From assembly GCA_963705105.1 (NCBI GenBank), contig CAVPIW010000006.1:288001-352000 (forward strand): DNA of 64,000 nucleotides, written 5' to 3'. The stretch comes from an uncultured Nitrospiraceae bacterium (GTDB lineage: Bacteria > Nitrospirota > Thermodesulfovibrionia > Thermodesulfovibrionales > Dissulfurispiraceae). Made by a program: the position numbers and the translations under genes. Within the stretch, counting starts at the first letter, position 1; every line of letters starts with the position of its first letter. Under the pieces are notes generated by a model. The model searched no databases and was not told the origin of the DNA. It worked only from the letters and a program-made list of their open reading frames with translations. Below are positions 1 through 9,291 of the stretch, one piece after another.

Positions 1-865
1 CCTCGCGGCCCTTCTGATCTCCCTTCTCCAACCCTCCGCCCCGGCAAATCAGATACACACAGCCCCTGACACATCCGGCAGCGCCGTCGTTGCCGGTGAT
101 CCGGTCCCTGCGTTCTCCCCATTGCAGGGAGGTGCGGCAGCAGCGGCACAGGAGGGCATGACGGTGCAGGGACAGGACTTGCATACCGATACCGGGGGTG
201 ACACTGTTCAAAAAGAACTGAACGATGCACATTTCCGGATGCCCCCGGCGGGCGGACAGGGCGAGGATGTGAAGCCGGCTCCTGAAGAGGAATTCGGTGT
301 GCTGCAGAATCCCGCCACGGAAACCGTCGTCACTGCCGGTGACGACAGGGCGCACATTGCCGTTTCCGACCTACTGGATGCCGGAAAAAGCGCGAATGAA
401 CACGTGCAGGTTTTCGCATCACATCCCCAGACCGCGCCGTCCGGCAAGGGAGAGACCCAGGGTTCCGGAGAATCCGGAGCCGTCCGGCAGACAGTGACGG
501 TCACGGAGCTCACAGGCATTCACAGGCCCATTCTCAAGGCTCTTGCTGCAGGCGAGAGGCAGCTGATCATCGAGATCCGGCCGCCCGACCTGGGAACGCT
601 CCAGATTCGCCTCACCTCGGACAGGGGCATCATTTCGGCTGATATAACAGTTGACAGCCAGGCTGTGCGTGACATGCTCTCCGTCGCCCTGCCCCAGATC
701 CGGACATCTATTGAGGAATCGGGAGTCAGCCTCAGGGAATTCTCCGTCGATCTCAGGAGGGATCCGGACCCGCAGGACGACAGGAGAGAGCAGCAGACCG
801 GGCAGGACAGGAAAGAAAAGGAACAGCGCGGGGGAGGAGAGAATTTCCTCAACCTTTTCGCATAA
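1..865 (+). CDS. fliK: Flagellar hook-length control protein FliK (5' end outside window)
   Basis: Frame is open from nt 2. C-terminal FliK domain (IEIRPPDLGTLQIRL...VRDMLSVALPQIR). Lies directly upstream of flgD. Confidence 0.85.
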   Translation, partial: LAALLISLLQPSAPANQIHTAPDTSGSAVVAGDPVPAFSPLQGGAAAAAQEGMTVQGQDLHTDTGGDTVQKELNDAHFRMPPAGGQGEDVKPAPEEEFGVLQNPATETVVTAGDDRAHIAVSDLLDAGKSANEHVQVFASHPQTAPSGKGETQGSGESGAVRQTVTVTELTGIHRPILKALAAGERQLIIEIRPPDLGTLQIRLTSDRGIISADITVDSQAVRDMLSVALPQIRTSIEESGVSLREFSVDLRRDPDPQDDRREQQTGQDRKEKEQRGGGENFLNLFA

Positions 866-882
866 AGACAGAGGAGGAACAC

Positions 883-1353
883 ATGGCGGCAACGGATAGT
901 ATTACGAACAGTCAGACAGTCGGCGGTACGGTTGAGACAAAGAAACCCGCCCAGGTCAAGAAGGAACTCGGCAAGGACGACTTTCTGAACCTTCTCGTGA
1001 CACAGCTCAGATACCAGGACCCTCTCAATCCGATGAAGGATCAGGAATTCATCGCACAGATGGCATCCTTCAGCAATCTCGAGCAGATGAACAACCTGAA
1101 TAAGAACATCGGTTCTTTTATTACGGAACAGAAATATGCAAACGGCCTCAACGCAGCTGCCATGATCGGCATGGAAATCACCGATGCGGATGGTCAGAAG
1201 GGTATCGTGAGCGGCGTCGATATGAATGATTCGCTCGTCCTTGTCGTCAATGACCGCAAAGTGCCCCTCAAGGACGTCCGGGCGATTCACAGGGCGCCGA
1301 CGGAAACACCGGATACGGGCACACAGACCTCACAGACTACAGAGAAAACGTAA
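883..1353 (+). CDS. flgD: Hook capping protein FlgD
   Basis: LGKDDFLNLLVTQLRYQDPLNPM motif; RBS GAGGAGG. Confidence 0.95.
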   Translation: MAATDSITNSQTVGGTVETKKPAQVKKELGKDDFLNLLVTQLRYQDPLNPMKDQEFIAQMASFSNLEQMNNLNKNIGSFITEQKYANGLNAAAMIGMEITDADGQKGIVSGVDMNDSLVLVVNDRKVPLKDVRAIHRAPTETPDTGTQTSQTTEKT

Positions 1354-1374
1354 AGATATAAGGAGGACGCAACA

Positions 1375-2661
1375 ATGGGTATAATGTCATCTCTCTTCAC
1401 CGGTGTCAGCGGTATCGGCGCGAGCGGTATGTTGCTGTCGGTCATCGGTGACAATATCGCCAACGCAAACACCACGGGATTCAAGGGAAGCAGGGGAAGT
1501 TTCGGCGACATCCTCAGCCAGTCCCTCGGCGGCAGCACCTCTTTTCAGATCGGCAGAGGTGTCAACCTTCAGGGGGTGCAGGGGATGTTCACCCAGGGCA
1601 CCATCGAGACGACGTCCAGTCCACTGGACCTCGCCATAGAAGGCGACGGCTTTTTCATCGTCCAGTCGCCCGACGGGGGCAACTTCTTCACGAGGGCCGG
1701 CCAGTTCAAGATCGACAGGGACGGCAACATCGTCAACCCAGATGGCATGCTCCTGCAGGGGTACCTGACACAGGAGGGCGGGGTCATGGGCAGGATCAAC
1801 GTGGCGTCCATCAACAGCCTGCCGAACCCGTCGGACCAGATCACTATCTCGGCAAACCTCAACTCGGACGATCCGCTCCCGGTAGATCCCTTTGACGTCG
1901 CCGATCCGGTGAATACGTCGAACTTTTCCACATCCATATCCGTGTATGACTCTCTGGGGAACAGCCATCTCGTCAATATCTATTTCAGAAAGTCCGCCGA
2001 GGCACCGACGGGCAACAGCTGGGAATGGTTCGCCGTCGTGAGCGCCGCTGACAGCGAGAGCGGAAACACGGAGATACAGGCCCAGGGAACGCTGACGTTC
2101 GACACCAACGGCGCCCTGACCGACGAGACTGATCCGACCTATCCGACGGGCGGCTTCGATTTCAGCGGCGGCGTCACCCAGGACCAGCAGATCGCCTTCG
2201 ATTTCGGACGGAGCATCGCCGAGGGAGGCAGCGGAGTGACGGGGACGACCCAGTTCGGCTCTCCCAATTCCGTGTTGTTCCAGACGCAGAACGGGTTTTC
2301 AGCCGGAAGCATTCAGAGCATTGTCGTCGATCAGGAGGGCGTCATGACAGGCATCTTCTCGAACGGCCAGACCATGGAGATCGCAAAGGTTGCCCTGGCC
2401 CGCTTCATCGCACCGACGGAACTGGCAAAAATGGGGAAGAATCTCTTCGGCGAGTCCGCCTCATCGGGTGTTCCCATTGTCGGCACGGCAGGCACATCGG
2501 GCAGGGGCAGTATCATGGCGAGCTCCCTCGAAGCGAGCAACATCGATCTTGCTGATGAGTTCGTCAAGATGATAGCGGCGCAGAGGGGATTCCAGGCGAA
2601 CACCCGCGTCATAACGACGACGGATGAGCTCCTGTCGGAGCTGATGGCCCTCAAGAGGTAG
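1375..2661 (+). CDS. flgE: Flagellar hook protein FlgE
   Basis: GDNIANANTTGFK N-terminus and LEASNIDLADEFVKMIAAQRGFQAN C-terminus; 428 aa. Confidence 0.96.
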   Translation: MGIMSSLFTGVSGIGASGMLLSVIGDNIANANTTGFKGSRGSFGDILSQSLGGSTSFQIGRGVNLQGVQGMFTQGTIETTSSPLDLAIEGDGFFIVQSPDGGNFFTRAGQFKIDRDGNIVNPDGMLLQGYLTQEGGVMGRINVASINSLPNPSDQITISANLNSDDPLPVDPFDVADPVNTSNFSTSISVYDSLGNSHLVNIYFRKSAEAPTGNSWEWFAVVSAADSESGNTEIQAQGTLTFDTNGALTDETDPTYPTGGFDFSGGVTQDQQIAFDFGRSIAEGGSGVTGTTQFGSPNSVLFQTQNGFSAGSIQSIVVDQEGVMTGIFSNGQTMEIAKVALARFIAPTELAKMGKNLFGESASSGVPIVGTAGTSGRGSIMASSLEASNIDLADEFVKMIAAQRGFQANTRVITTTDELLSELMALKR

Positions 2662-2696
2662 CGTATACCGGAAGCCAGCCCCATCCCTGCACCCCC

Positions 2697-2731
2697 GGAA
2701 GCCCCGTCAGTCGTGATCTGACGGGGCTTCC
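2697..2731 (+). terminator. GC-rich hairpin after flgE (probable terminator, no clear U tract)
   Basis: GGAAGCCCCGTCAG-N7-CTGACGGGGCTTCC, a 14-bp perfect stem. Confidence 0.55.
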
Positions 2732-3126
2732 CGTTGTCGACATATCTTCAAAGCATTGCCGCTCACTCTTCCTCGGAGGAGAGGAGGACGCATCATGGCA
2801 GCAGGCCTCCTGCGGCTTTCTTCGTGGTCTGCGACTGCGTGATATAACGCAGGACTGACTGAGGAACCCTTCAATGCAGGACGGCGGCATCGGAGATGTC
2901 AGTTCTATCTATATGAATTAAAAACAATTTTTATCTAAATCCCCATTTTTAATAATCAGGTATGTAACTTGCCAATTGAAGTGAGTCTCCGTGCCGTCCA
3001 GAGGGATACAGGATTATGCCGATACAGAAAAACAACATGCTGTCGTCTGCGTCGCGGCGCAACATTTTCCATGAGTTTCACCCGGTCGTTGCGTCACAAT
3101 TGAAACGCCGCGACGGAAAGCAGTAC

Positions 3127-3411
3127 ATGATCCTTCTCTTTATCATGCCGGTGGTTTTCCTCGTATCTGCAGTCGCCATCGCCTTTGACAACCACGACTT
3201 CGCATATCCGAAGCCCCAGTGTTCGATATGTGAGTTGAAAAAGGCCTATAAGGCTACATTGAACAAAGATCAGCAGGCATGCATCCCGGAGTCCGTCGCA
3301 GCCTTGCGCACAGAGGGCGATCGGTACCATCCCCCGCCGGTTCAGCACCACCCGCCCGTGTGCCTTTTCCCCTCCCGGGAGTCTGACAGGGCCCCTCCAC
3401 CACTCTCCTGA
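3127..3411 (+). CDS. DUF2946-like small protein with hydrophobic N-terminus, CxxC and C-terminal RAPP (candidate arrest/leader peptide)
   Basis: MILLFIMPVVFLVSAVAIA...HDF...CSIC...DRAPPPLS*. Start could be 3016. Confidence 0.6.
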   Translation: MILLFIMPVVFLVSAVAIAFDNHDFAYPKPQCSICELKKAYKATLNKDQQACIPESVAALRTEGDRYHPPPVQHHPPVCLFPSRESDRAPPPLS

Positions 3412-3500
3412 CATTCCCGAAGTGATCATCAAGCGACTTGTCGGCGGAGGTGTTTCATCAAACTCCGCCGCCTCGGTAGACATTCCGGAAAGGAGAGCAT

Positions 3501-3818
3501 ATGAAACGTGATGTGTCAAACCGTCAATGGGCAAACGGGCCGCATATGGATGCGCGACATGGAAATGTGCACATCTCTTATACGTGTGGTGCCCTTAATG
3601 ATTACGAATCCCTCTGTCTTGATGTGAAGGATCTCGTCGACAGCGCTGTCGAACTTCTTCTGAACAAGACATGCCTTGCTGCGGGAGAAGAGGGACCGAT
3701 CAGAATCTGCGTCGAACACTGCCAGAAGCGGTGCCTGAACGACACCCCGCTGGGCGACCTGCGCTATCTGAAGGTTTATGTGGAAGGTCACGCTCCCTGT
3801 ATCGTCATGGCATACTAA
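3501..3818 (+). CDS. Hypothetical Cys-rich protein
   Basis: 105-aa ORF with RBS AGGAG; no recognisable family. Confidence 0.45.
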   Translation: MKRDVSNRQWANGPHMDARHGNVHISYTCGALNDYESLCLDVKDLVDSAVELLLNKTCLAAGEEGPIRICVEHCQKRCLNDTPLGDLRYLKVYVEGHAPCIVMAY

Positions 3819-4066
3819 GATCCGTCTCACGGATGCGGGGATCGGTTTTCCCCCCAAGGAATCCGGAAGATTCGGGATAGCCTGAATCGCGGCGATCGAA
3901 GCCGCTCTCAGGCAGGATTCGGCATCATCCTGGTGCGACGACAAGGTCGGTGAAGAACGGTGTTTCTCTGCTGACCATCAGGCATCGCCATCCTCAACCC
4001 GCCCCCGATGACACCTATGTCAGGAATGGCTCTCATATGTTTGTTTTGCCGGCTTTTGCCCCGCTA

Positions 4067-4121
4067 GTTAACAATTTGACATGGTCAGCATCTGCGTAAC
4101 CATAAGCGTCAGTAATTTGAC
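4067..4121. promoter_or_regulatory. Two FleQ/bEBP-like enhancer boxes upstream of the fliL operon
   Basis: GTTAACAATTTGAC (4067-4080) and GTCAGTAATTTGAC (4108-4121) fit GTCA-N6-TGAC and lie upstream of a sigma54 site. Confidence 0.55.
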
Positions 4122-4164
4122 ATCATCTTGCATAGTATGTCTGCATATCAATGAGATAGATGAC

Positions 4165-4180
4165 TGGCATAGTCTGTGCT
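4165..4180 (+). promoter_or_regulatory. Sigma54 (-24/-12) promoter of the fliL operon
   Basis: TGGCATAGTCTGTGCT with GG and GC exactly 12 nt apart. Confidence 0.7.
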
Positions 4181-4273
4181 CATATCGGCATGTAACAGGT
4201 TGCGGGGGTTCTGTCTCCGTCGGGCCCCGGAACCTCATGATTCATGTCATAGCACAGAAGGGGGTAAGTCTTC

Positions 4274-4747
4274 ATGGCAGAGGAGAAGGACGAGAAGACG
4301 GCTGAGGAGCCGAAGAAGAAGAAGGGAAAGCTCATTTTGCTCATCGGCATGGTTGTCGTTGCCCTGCTTGCCGGAGGCGCAGGCGCGTATTTTTATTTTT
4401 CGAAATCCTCTCCCAAGGACAAAAAGGAGGAAAGCAAAAAGGAGGAAGGTGTCATGTTCCCCCTGGAGCCCTTTGTCGTCAATCTCGGTGACCAGGGCAG
4501 CATGAGGTTCCTGAAGCTGACCATCCATATCGAGCTCTCGAAGCAGGAAATGGCTGAAAAGGCGAAGATCCGGGCTCCCCAGATGCGCGATTCGATCATC
4601 ACCCTCCTGACAAGCAAGACCGTCGATTCGATCATTACGCCCGAGGGTAAGCTGCAGCTCAAGGATGAAATCAGCCTGAGACTCAACCAGATTCTCGGTG
4701 AAGGTTCGGTCAGGAACGTGTTTATGACCGATTTTGTGATGCAGTAG
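4274..4747 (+). CDS. fliL: Flagellar basal body-associated protein FliL
   Basis: Single N-terminal TM; LEPFVVNL and FMTDFVMQ motifs. Confidence 0.93.
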   Translation: MAEEKDEKTAEEPKKKKGKLILLIGMVVVALLAGGAGAYFYFSKSSPKDKKEESKKEEGVMFPLEPFVVNLGDQGSMRFLKLTIHIELSKQEMAEKAKIRAPQMRDSIITLLTSKTVDSIITPEGKLQLKDEISLRLNQILGEGSVRNVFMTDFVMQ

Positions 4748-4803
4748 GACCGCGTATGAAGACAGTCATGCGCAGATATAAGGCGAAGAGGGGCCGCTGA
4801 GCG

Positions 4804-5778
4804 ATGGATGACATACTCTCCCAGGAAGAAGTCGATGCCCTGTTGCGGGGTATCGAGGACGGAGCGGTCGAGACCGAGCAGGTCTCGGAGATATCGGGTG
4901 TCAAAACCTTCGATTTCATGGGACAGGAAAAGATCGTCCGGGGGAGGATGCCCGCTCTCGATATCGCCAATGAACGGCTTGCGAGGAACTTCCGCCTCTC
5001 CCTGTCGGCCGCCCTGCGGCGTATGGTCGACATAACGAAAGTCTCCGTCAGCATCACCAAGTTCTACGATTTCATGCGGTCTATTCCCCTTCCGTCGAGC
5101 ATCAACGTTTTCCGGATGGAACCCTTCAGAGGGCACGGGCTCCTCATCCTGGACGTACCGCTGATTTTTAATCTGGTTGAGTTTTTCTTCGGCGGCACGG
5201 GGAAAGGACATTTCAAACCCGAGGGCAGGGAATTCACGCCGATCGAACAAAAGATCATCCAGAAGGTTGTCCTCATGTTTTTCAAAGACATGGAGGAATC
5301 ATGGAATCCTGTACACCCTGTCACACTGTCCTATGTCCGTTCCGAGACGAACCCTCAGTTCGTGACGATCGTCACACCCGTGGACGTCGTCATCAATGTG
5401 GAATTCACGATCGAGATCGAGACGAAGGAATGCAAGATGTTTCTCTGCATCCCGTACAGCATGATCGAGCCGATCAAGGACAAGCTTTACAGCGCCTTTT
5501 CCGCCGAGAACGAGGATCTTGACATGAAGTGGATCGGCCGGCTGAAGGATCAGCTCATGGACATGCCCGTCGAGGTCACCGGTGAACTCGGCAGGACGAA
5601 GTACACGGTGCGGCAGATCCTCGACCTCAAGACGGGCGATGTCATTCTGCTCGATCGCCGCACCGACGACGATATCGCCGTTTTGTTGGAGGGGACCCCC
5701 AAGTTCATGGGAAAATTCGGCATTCACCGCAGTGCTTACGCAGTAAAGATCACGAGAGATATCAAACCCGGGGGATAA
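4804..5778 (+). CDS. fliM: Motor switch protein FliM
   Basis: ILSQEEVDALL CheY-binding N-terminus; GREFTPIE. Confidence 0.96.
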   Translation: MDDILSQEEVDALLRGIEDGAVETEQVSEISGVKTFDFMGQEKIVRGRMPALDIANERLARNFRLSLSAALRRMVDITKVSVSITKFYDFMRSIPLPSSINVFRMEPFRGHGLLILDVPLIFNLVEFFFGGTGKGHFKPEGREFTPIEQKIIQKVVLMFFKDMEESWNPVHPVTLSYVRSETNPQFVTIVTPVDVVINVEFTIEIETKECKMFLCIPYSMIEPIKDKLYSAFSAENEDLDMKWIGRLKDQLMDMPVEVTGELGRTKYTVRQILDLKTGDVILLDRRTDDDIAVLLEGTPKFMGKFGIHRSAYAVKITRDIKPGG

Positions 5779-5803
5779 GGCGCCCGTTGGAAGGAGAACG
5801 AAG

Positions 5804-6133
5804 ATGGCAGATGAGATCAGGGAACACGACGTACAGGCATTGCAGGGGGAGGAGAGGGGACCCCAGGTGCAGACGAGGGACATCAATTTCCTTCTCGACG
5901 TCCCCCTCGAGATGACGGTGGTGATCGGGAGGACGAAGATCCTGATCCAGGAACTCCTGCAGCTCGGGCAGGGGTCGGTCATTACCCTCGAGAAATTCGC
6001 CGGTGAGCCGATGGACGTCTATGTGAGCGACAAGCTCGTGGGACGGGGAGAGATCGTCGTGGTGAACGAGAAATTCGGCATCAGGCTGACGGACATCATC
6101 AGTCCCACCGAGCGGGTGAGACAGCTGCAGTAG
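5804..6133 (+). CDS. fliN: Motor switch protein FliN
   Basis: SpoA domain LLDVPLEMTVVIGRT...GEIVVVNEKFGIRLTDI. Confidence 0.95.
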   Translation: MADEIREHDVQALQGEERGPQVQTRDINFLLDVPLEMTVVIGRTKILIQELLQLGQGSVITLEKFAGEPMDVYVSDKLVGRGEIVVVNEKFGIRLTDIISPTERVRQLQ

Positions 6134-6147
6134 GGCAGGGTGCAAAG

Positions 6148-7224
6148 ATGGAACTGGAGCTCCTGAAAGTCCTCGCCGTCCTCATCGTGATGCTCGGCGT
6201 CCTGTACGGGGTGCTGAAGATCGTGAAAAGGAGGATGACACCGTCCGACGGTATCATCGAAATGCTGCACTATCAACCCCTGGGCCCGAAAAAGGGGATT
6301 GCGATCGTGAAGATCGTGAAAGACTATCTCGTCGTCGGTGTTTCCGATGAGCAGATATCCCTCCTTGACAAGCTCAGTCCCGAAGAGATCGAGCCGTCAC
6401 TCATGAGTCGGAGTGAGGTCAGAAAAATACCGGCCCGCAGAGGCGCACCGGGTTTCGGCAGGACAATGGGCCTGTTCGCCCGCAAGAAGTGCCGCGTCAT
6501 GACCCTGCTCCTCTGCGCCGCGCTGACGCTCCCGTTCACCCCTGCCCTTGCATACGCCCAGCAGAGACAGGCCGCAGGCGGGGGGTTCCTCGGGACGGGC
6601 CTGACAACGCCCGTCGAGATTCTCCTGTTCCTCACGCTCCTCTCCCTGCTGCCGGCTATCCTTGTCATGACGACGTCGTTCACGAGGATCGTCGTCATCC
6701 TCTCCTTTCTCAGGCAGGCCCTCGGAACGCCCCAGGTGCCGCCGACGCAGGTCATCATCGGTCTTTCCCTCTTCATCACGCTCTTCATCATGTCTCCCGT
6801 CATCGAGCGGGTCTACACCGATGCGTACCTGCCCTACACGCAGAAGGAGATAAACGCGGAGAGCGCCCTCGGCAAGGCCGGCGTTCCCCTGAAGGAATTC
6901 ATGCTGAGGCAGACGCGGGAAAAGGACTTCGCCCTCTTTCTGAAACTGTCGAAATCGGAAAGGCCCGCCACGCCCGCCGATCTCCCGATGAAGGTGGTCA
7001 TCCCCGCTTTCGCCATCGGCGAGCTGAAAAAGGCCTTCGAGATCGGGTTCCTCATCTTCCTGCCTTTTCTCGTCATCGACATGGTCGTGGCGAGCGTCCT
7101 CCTTTCCATGGGGATGATGATGCTCCCTCCTGTCATGGTGTCCATGCCCTTTAAACTGCTCCTCTTCGTCCTCGTCGATGGATGGGACCTGCTCGTCGGG
7201 TCGATCGTGGGGGGATTCAAATGA
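6148..7224 (+). CDS. fliP: FliO-FliP fusion export-gate protein
   Basis: First ~80 aa are FliO-like (TM, then LGPKKGIAIVKI..YLVVGVSDEQISLL). In-frame FliP follows (MTTSFTRIVVILSFLRQALG, PFKLLLFVLVDGW). Confidence 0.9.
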   Translation: MELELLKVLAVLIVMLGVLYGVLKIVKRRMTPSDGIIEMLHYQPLGPKKGIAIVKIVKDYLVVGVSDEQISLLDKLSPEEIEPSLMSRSEVRKIPARRGAPGFGRTMGLFARKKCRVMTLLLCAALTLPFTPALAYAQQRQAAGGGFLGTGLTTPVEILLFLTLLSLLPAILVMTTSFTRIVVILSFLRQALGTPQVPPTQVIIGLSLFITLFIMSPVIERVYTDAYLPYTQKEINAESALGKAGVPLKEFMLRQTREKDFALFLKLSKSERPATPADLPMKVVIPAFAIGELKKAFEIGFLIFLPFLVIDMVVASVLLSMGMMMLPPVMVSMPFKLLLFVLVDGWDLLVGSIVGGFK

Positions 7225-7490
7225 CCATCGAACTGCTCAACCAGCTTTCGCGGCAGACCTTCGAAACGATCATCCTCGTCGGCGGTCCCGCGCTGATAGT
7301 GAGTCTCATCGTCGGCGTTCTCATCAGCATCTTTCAGGCGGTGACGCAACTCCAGGAGATGACGATCACCTTCGTTCCCAAGATCCTCGCAGTCTTTCTC
7401 ACCCTGTTCATCGCCCTTCCCTGGATGGTCAGCGTGATGGTGAGCTACACCCGGAGCATTCTCGAAAACCTTCCCCTGTATGTGAAATGA
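7221..7490 (+). CDS. fliQ: FliQ
   Basis: FQAVTQLQEMTITFVPKI; ATG overlaps the fliP stop. Confidence 0.95.
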   Translation: MTIELLNQLSRQTFETIILVGGPALIVSLIVGVLISIFQAVTQLQEMTITFVPKILAVFLTLFIALPWMVSVMVSYTRSILENLPLYVK

Positions 7491-7494
7491 CGCC

Positions 7495-8232
7495 ATGGAA
7501 CTGACCGAACTGGTGAACATCTACGCCGGCAAGTTCGTCCCCGTCTTTATCAGGGTTGCCGTGATCCTTTCTTTTATTCCCTTTGTCGGGAGCCGCACGA
7601 CGCCCATCTTCCTGAGGACCGGCATCTCTCTGGCCCTGACGCTCCTCCTGCTGCCCGTCGTCGAGGTGAAGACCGCCGATCCCCTGAAGGCCGTCTTTGA
7701 GGCCTTCTTTATCGGCGCCGCCATCGGTCTGATGGCGAGAATCATCCTCGGCGCCGTTGAAACGGCCGCCCAGTGGGTGGGGCTGGAGATGGGGCTGAGT
7801 GTCGCAGCAATCTTCAATCCCCAGTTCGGCGAGGTCCTGAGCCCCCTCAGCCTCTTCTACAACATTCTCGCCATGGCGCTCTTCTTCATCCTCGACATCC
7901 ATCACCTCTTCATCGAGGGCATCGTGCGGAGCTTCGACATGACGACGGTTCACTACACGGGGATCTTCAACGCCGTCCTGAAGCTGAACGAAATACTCTT
8001 CCCCCTGGCACTCAAGATAGCCGCCCCGGTCATCCTCGTGCAGGTCCTCGCGAACCTCATGATCGGCTTCTTCTCGAGAGCGATTCCGCAGGCGAACATC
8101 TTCTTCATCAGCTTCCCGATCCTTATAACGGCCGGGCTCGTTTTCATCATCCTTTCGATGCCGCTGGTGACGATGGTCATTTCGCGGTCCTTCATCAACA
8201 TCAGAGACGCGATCCAGGTGTTTACGAGGTAG
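7495..8232 (+). CDS. fliR: FliR
   Basis: Hydrophobic 245 aa with SRAIPQANIFFISFP; lies between fliQ and flhB. Confidence 0.93.
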   Translation: MELTELVNIYAGKFVPVFIRVAVILSFIPFVGSRTTPIFLRTGISLALTLLLLPVVEVKTADPLKAVFEAFFIGAAIGLMARIILGAVETAAQWVGLEMGLSVAAIFNPQFGEVLSPLSLFYNILAMALFFILDIHHLFIEGIVRSFDMTTVHYTGIFNAVLKLNEILFPLALKIAAPVILVQVLANLMIGFFSRAIPQANIFFISFPILITAGLVFIILSMPLVTMVISRSFINIRDAIQVFTR

Positions 8233-8235
8233 GCG

Positions 8236-9291
8236 ATGCCCGAAGAGTTCGACGAGCGAACAGAGCAAGCAACGCCGCGAAGGCGGGAACAGGCGAGGGA
8301 GAAGGGCGATGTCCCGCGAAGCCGGGACCTCTCGGGCATCCTCCCTCTCTGGATCGTCTTCCTCTATCTCTCCTTCGGGGGGTTCTTCCTCGCGGGACTG
8401 ACGACGTACCTGAGGTCCTCCCTGTCGCGGGGGTTCCAGGCCTCTCTTGATGAGGTCTCGTTCATCGGTATCTTCCGCGCCGACCTCGTCCAGGGGGCGT
8501 CTATCCTCGGGCCGCTCCTGGGCATCATCCTGATCGCGGTGGTTGCGGTGAATTTCGTCCAGACGGGGTTTCTCGTCTCCCCGGTGCCGCTTACGCCGGA
8601 TATCACGAGGCTCAGTCCCCTGAAGGGCCTCAAGAGGATCTTCAGCCTGAGCAACCTCTTCGAGACGGCGAAGGGCGTGCTCAAACTCGTCATCCTCGGC
8701 GCCGTCCTTTACTATTTCCTCAAGGACGAGGTGTTCACGATCCCCCTCCTTGCGGACATGCAGGTGAACGCGATTATCGGCTCCTCCTTCGAATCGGTCC
8801 GGAAACTGGTGCTCATATCGACGGTCGTCCTGACCGTTTTCGCTGTAGCCGACTTCGTGTTCCAGAGATGGCAGTACGAAAGGAACCTGAGGATGACGAA
8901 ACAGGAGATCAAGGAGGAGATGAAGGAGTCCGAAGGCGACCCGAGGGTGAGGGCGAGGGTGAGAAGCCTCCAGAGGGAAATGGCCCGGAGAAGAATGATG
9001 CAGGAGGTCCCGAAGGCCGACGTCGTCATCACGAATCCCACCCATTACGCCGTGGCCCTGCGGTATGATCCCGCAAAGATGGGCGCACCCACCGTCATCG
9101 CGAAGGGCGCCAACATTGTGGCGGAGAGGATCAAGGAAATCGCCGGGCGGAGCGGCGTCTCCGTCGTCGAAGACAGACCGCTGGCGAAAACCCTCTTCAT
9201 GCTGAACATCGGCGAAGAGATCCCTGAAGACCTCTACAAGGCTGTGGCGGCCATTTTGGCAGCGGTGTACCGCCTCAAGGGAGGGCGGTGA
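8236..9291 (+). CDS. flhB: FlhB
   Basis: ERTEQATPRR N-terminus; NPTH autocleavage motif. Confidence 0.97.
   Translation: MPEEFDERTEQATPRRREQAREKGDVPRSRDLSGILPLWIVFLYLSFGGFFLAGLTTYLRSSLSRGFQASLDEVSFIGIFRADLVQGASILGPLLGIILIAVVAVNFVQTGFLVSPVPLTPDITRLSPLKGLKRIFSLSNLFETAKGVLKLVILGAVLYYFLKDEVFTIPLLADMQVNAIIGSSFESVRKLVLISTVVLTVFAVADFVFQRWQYERNLRMTKQEIKEEMKESEGDPRVRARVRSLQREMARRRMMQEVPKADVVITNPTHYAVALRYDPAKMGAPTVIAKGANIVAERIKEIAGRSGVSVVEDRPLAKTLFMLNIGEEIPEDLYKAVAAILAAVYRLKGGR

Noticed and set aside
7429..9045. 538-aa minus-strand ORF and similar long antisense ORFs (12198-13322, 18440-19534, 30111-31376, 33401-34495, 55063-56154)
   Set aside because: They lie antisense to well-supported genes and carry no motifs. 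Such shadow ORFs are expected from high-GC codon bias.
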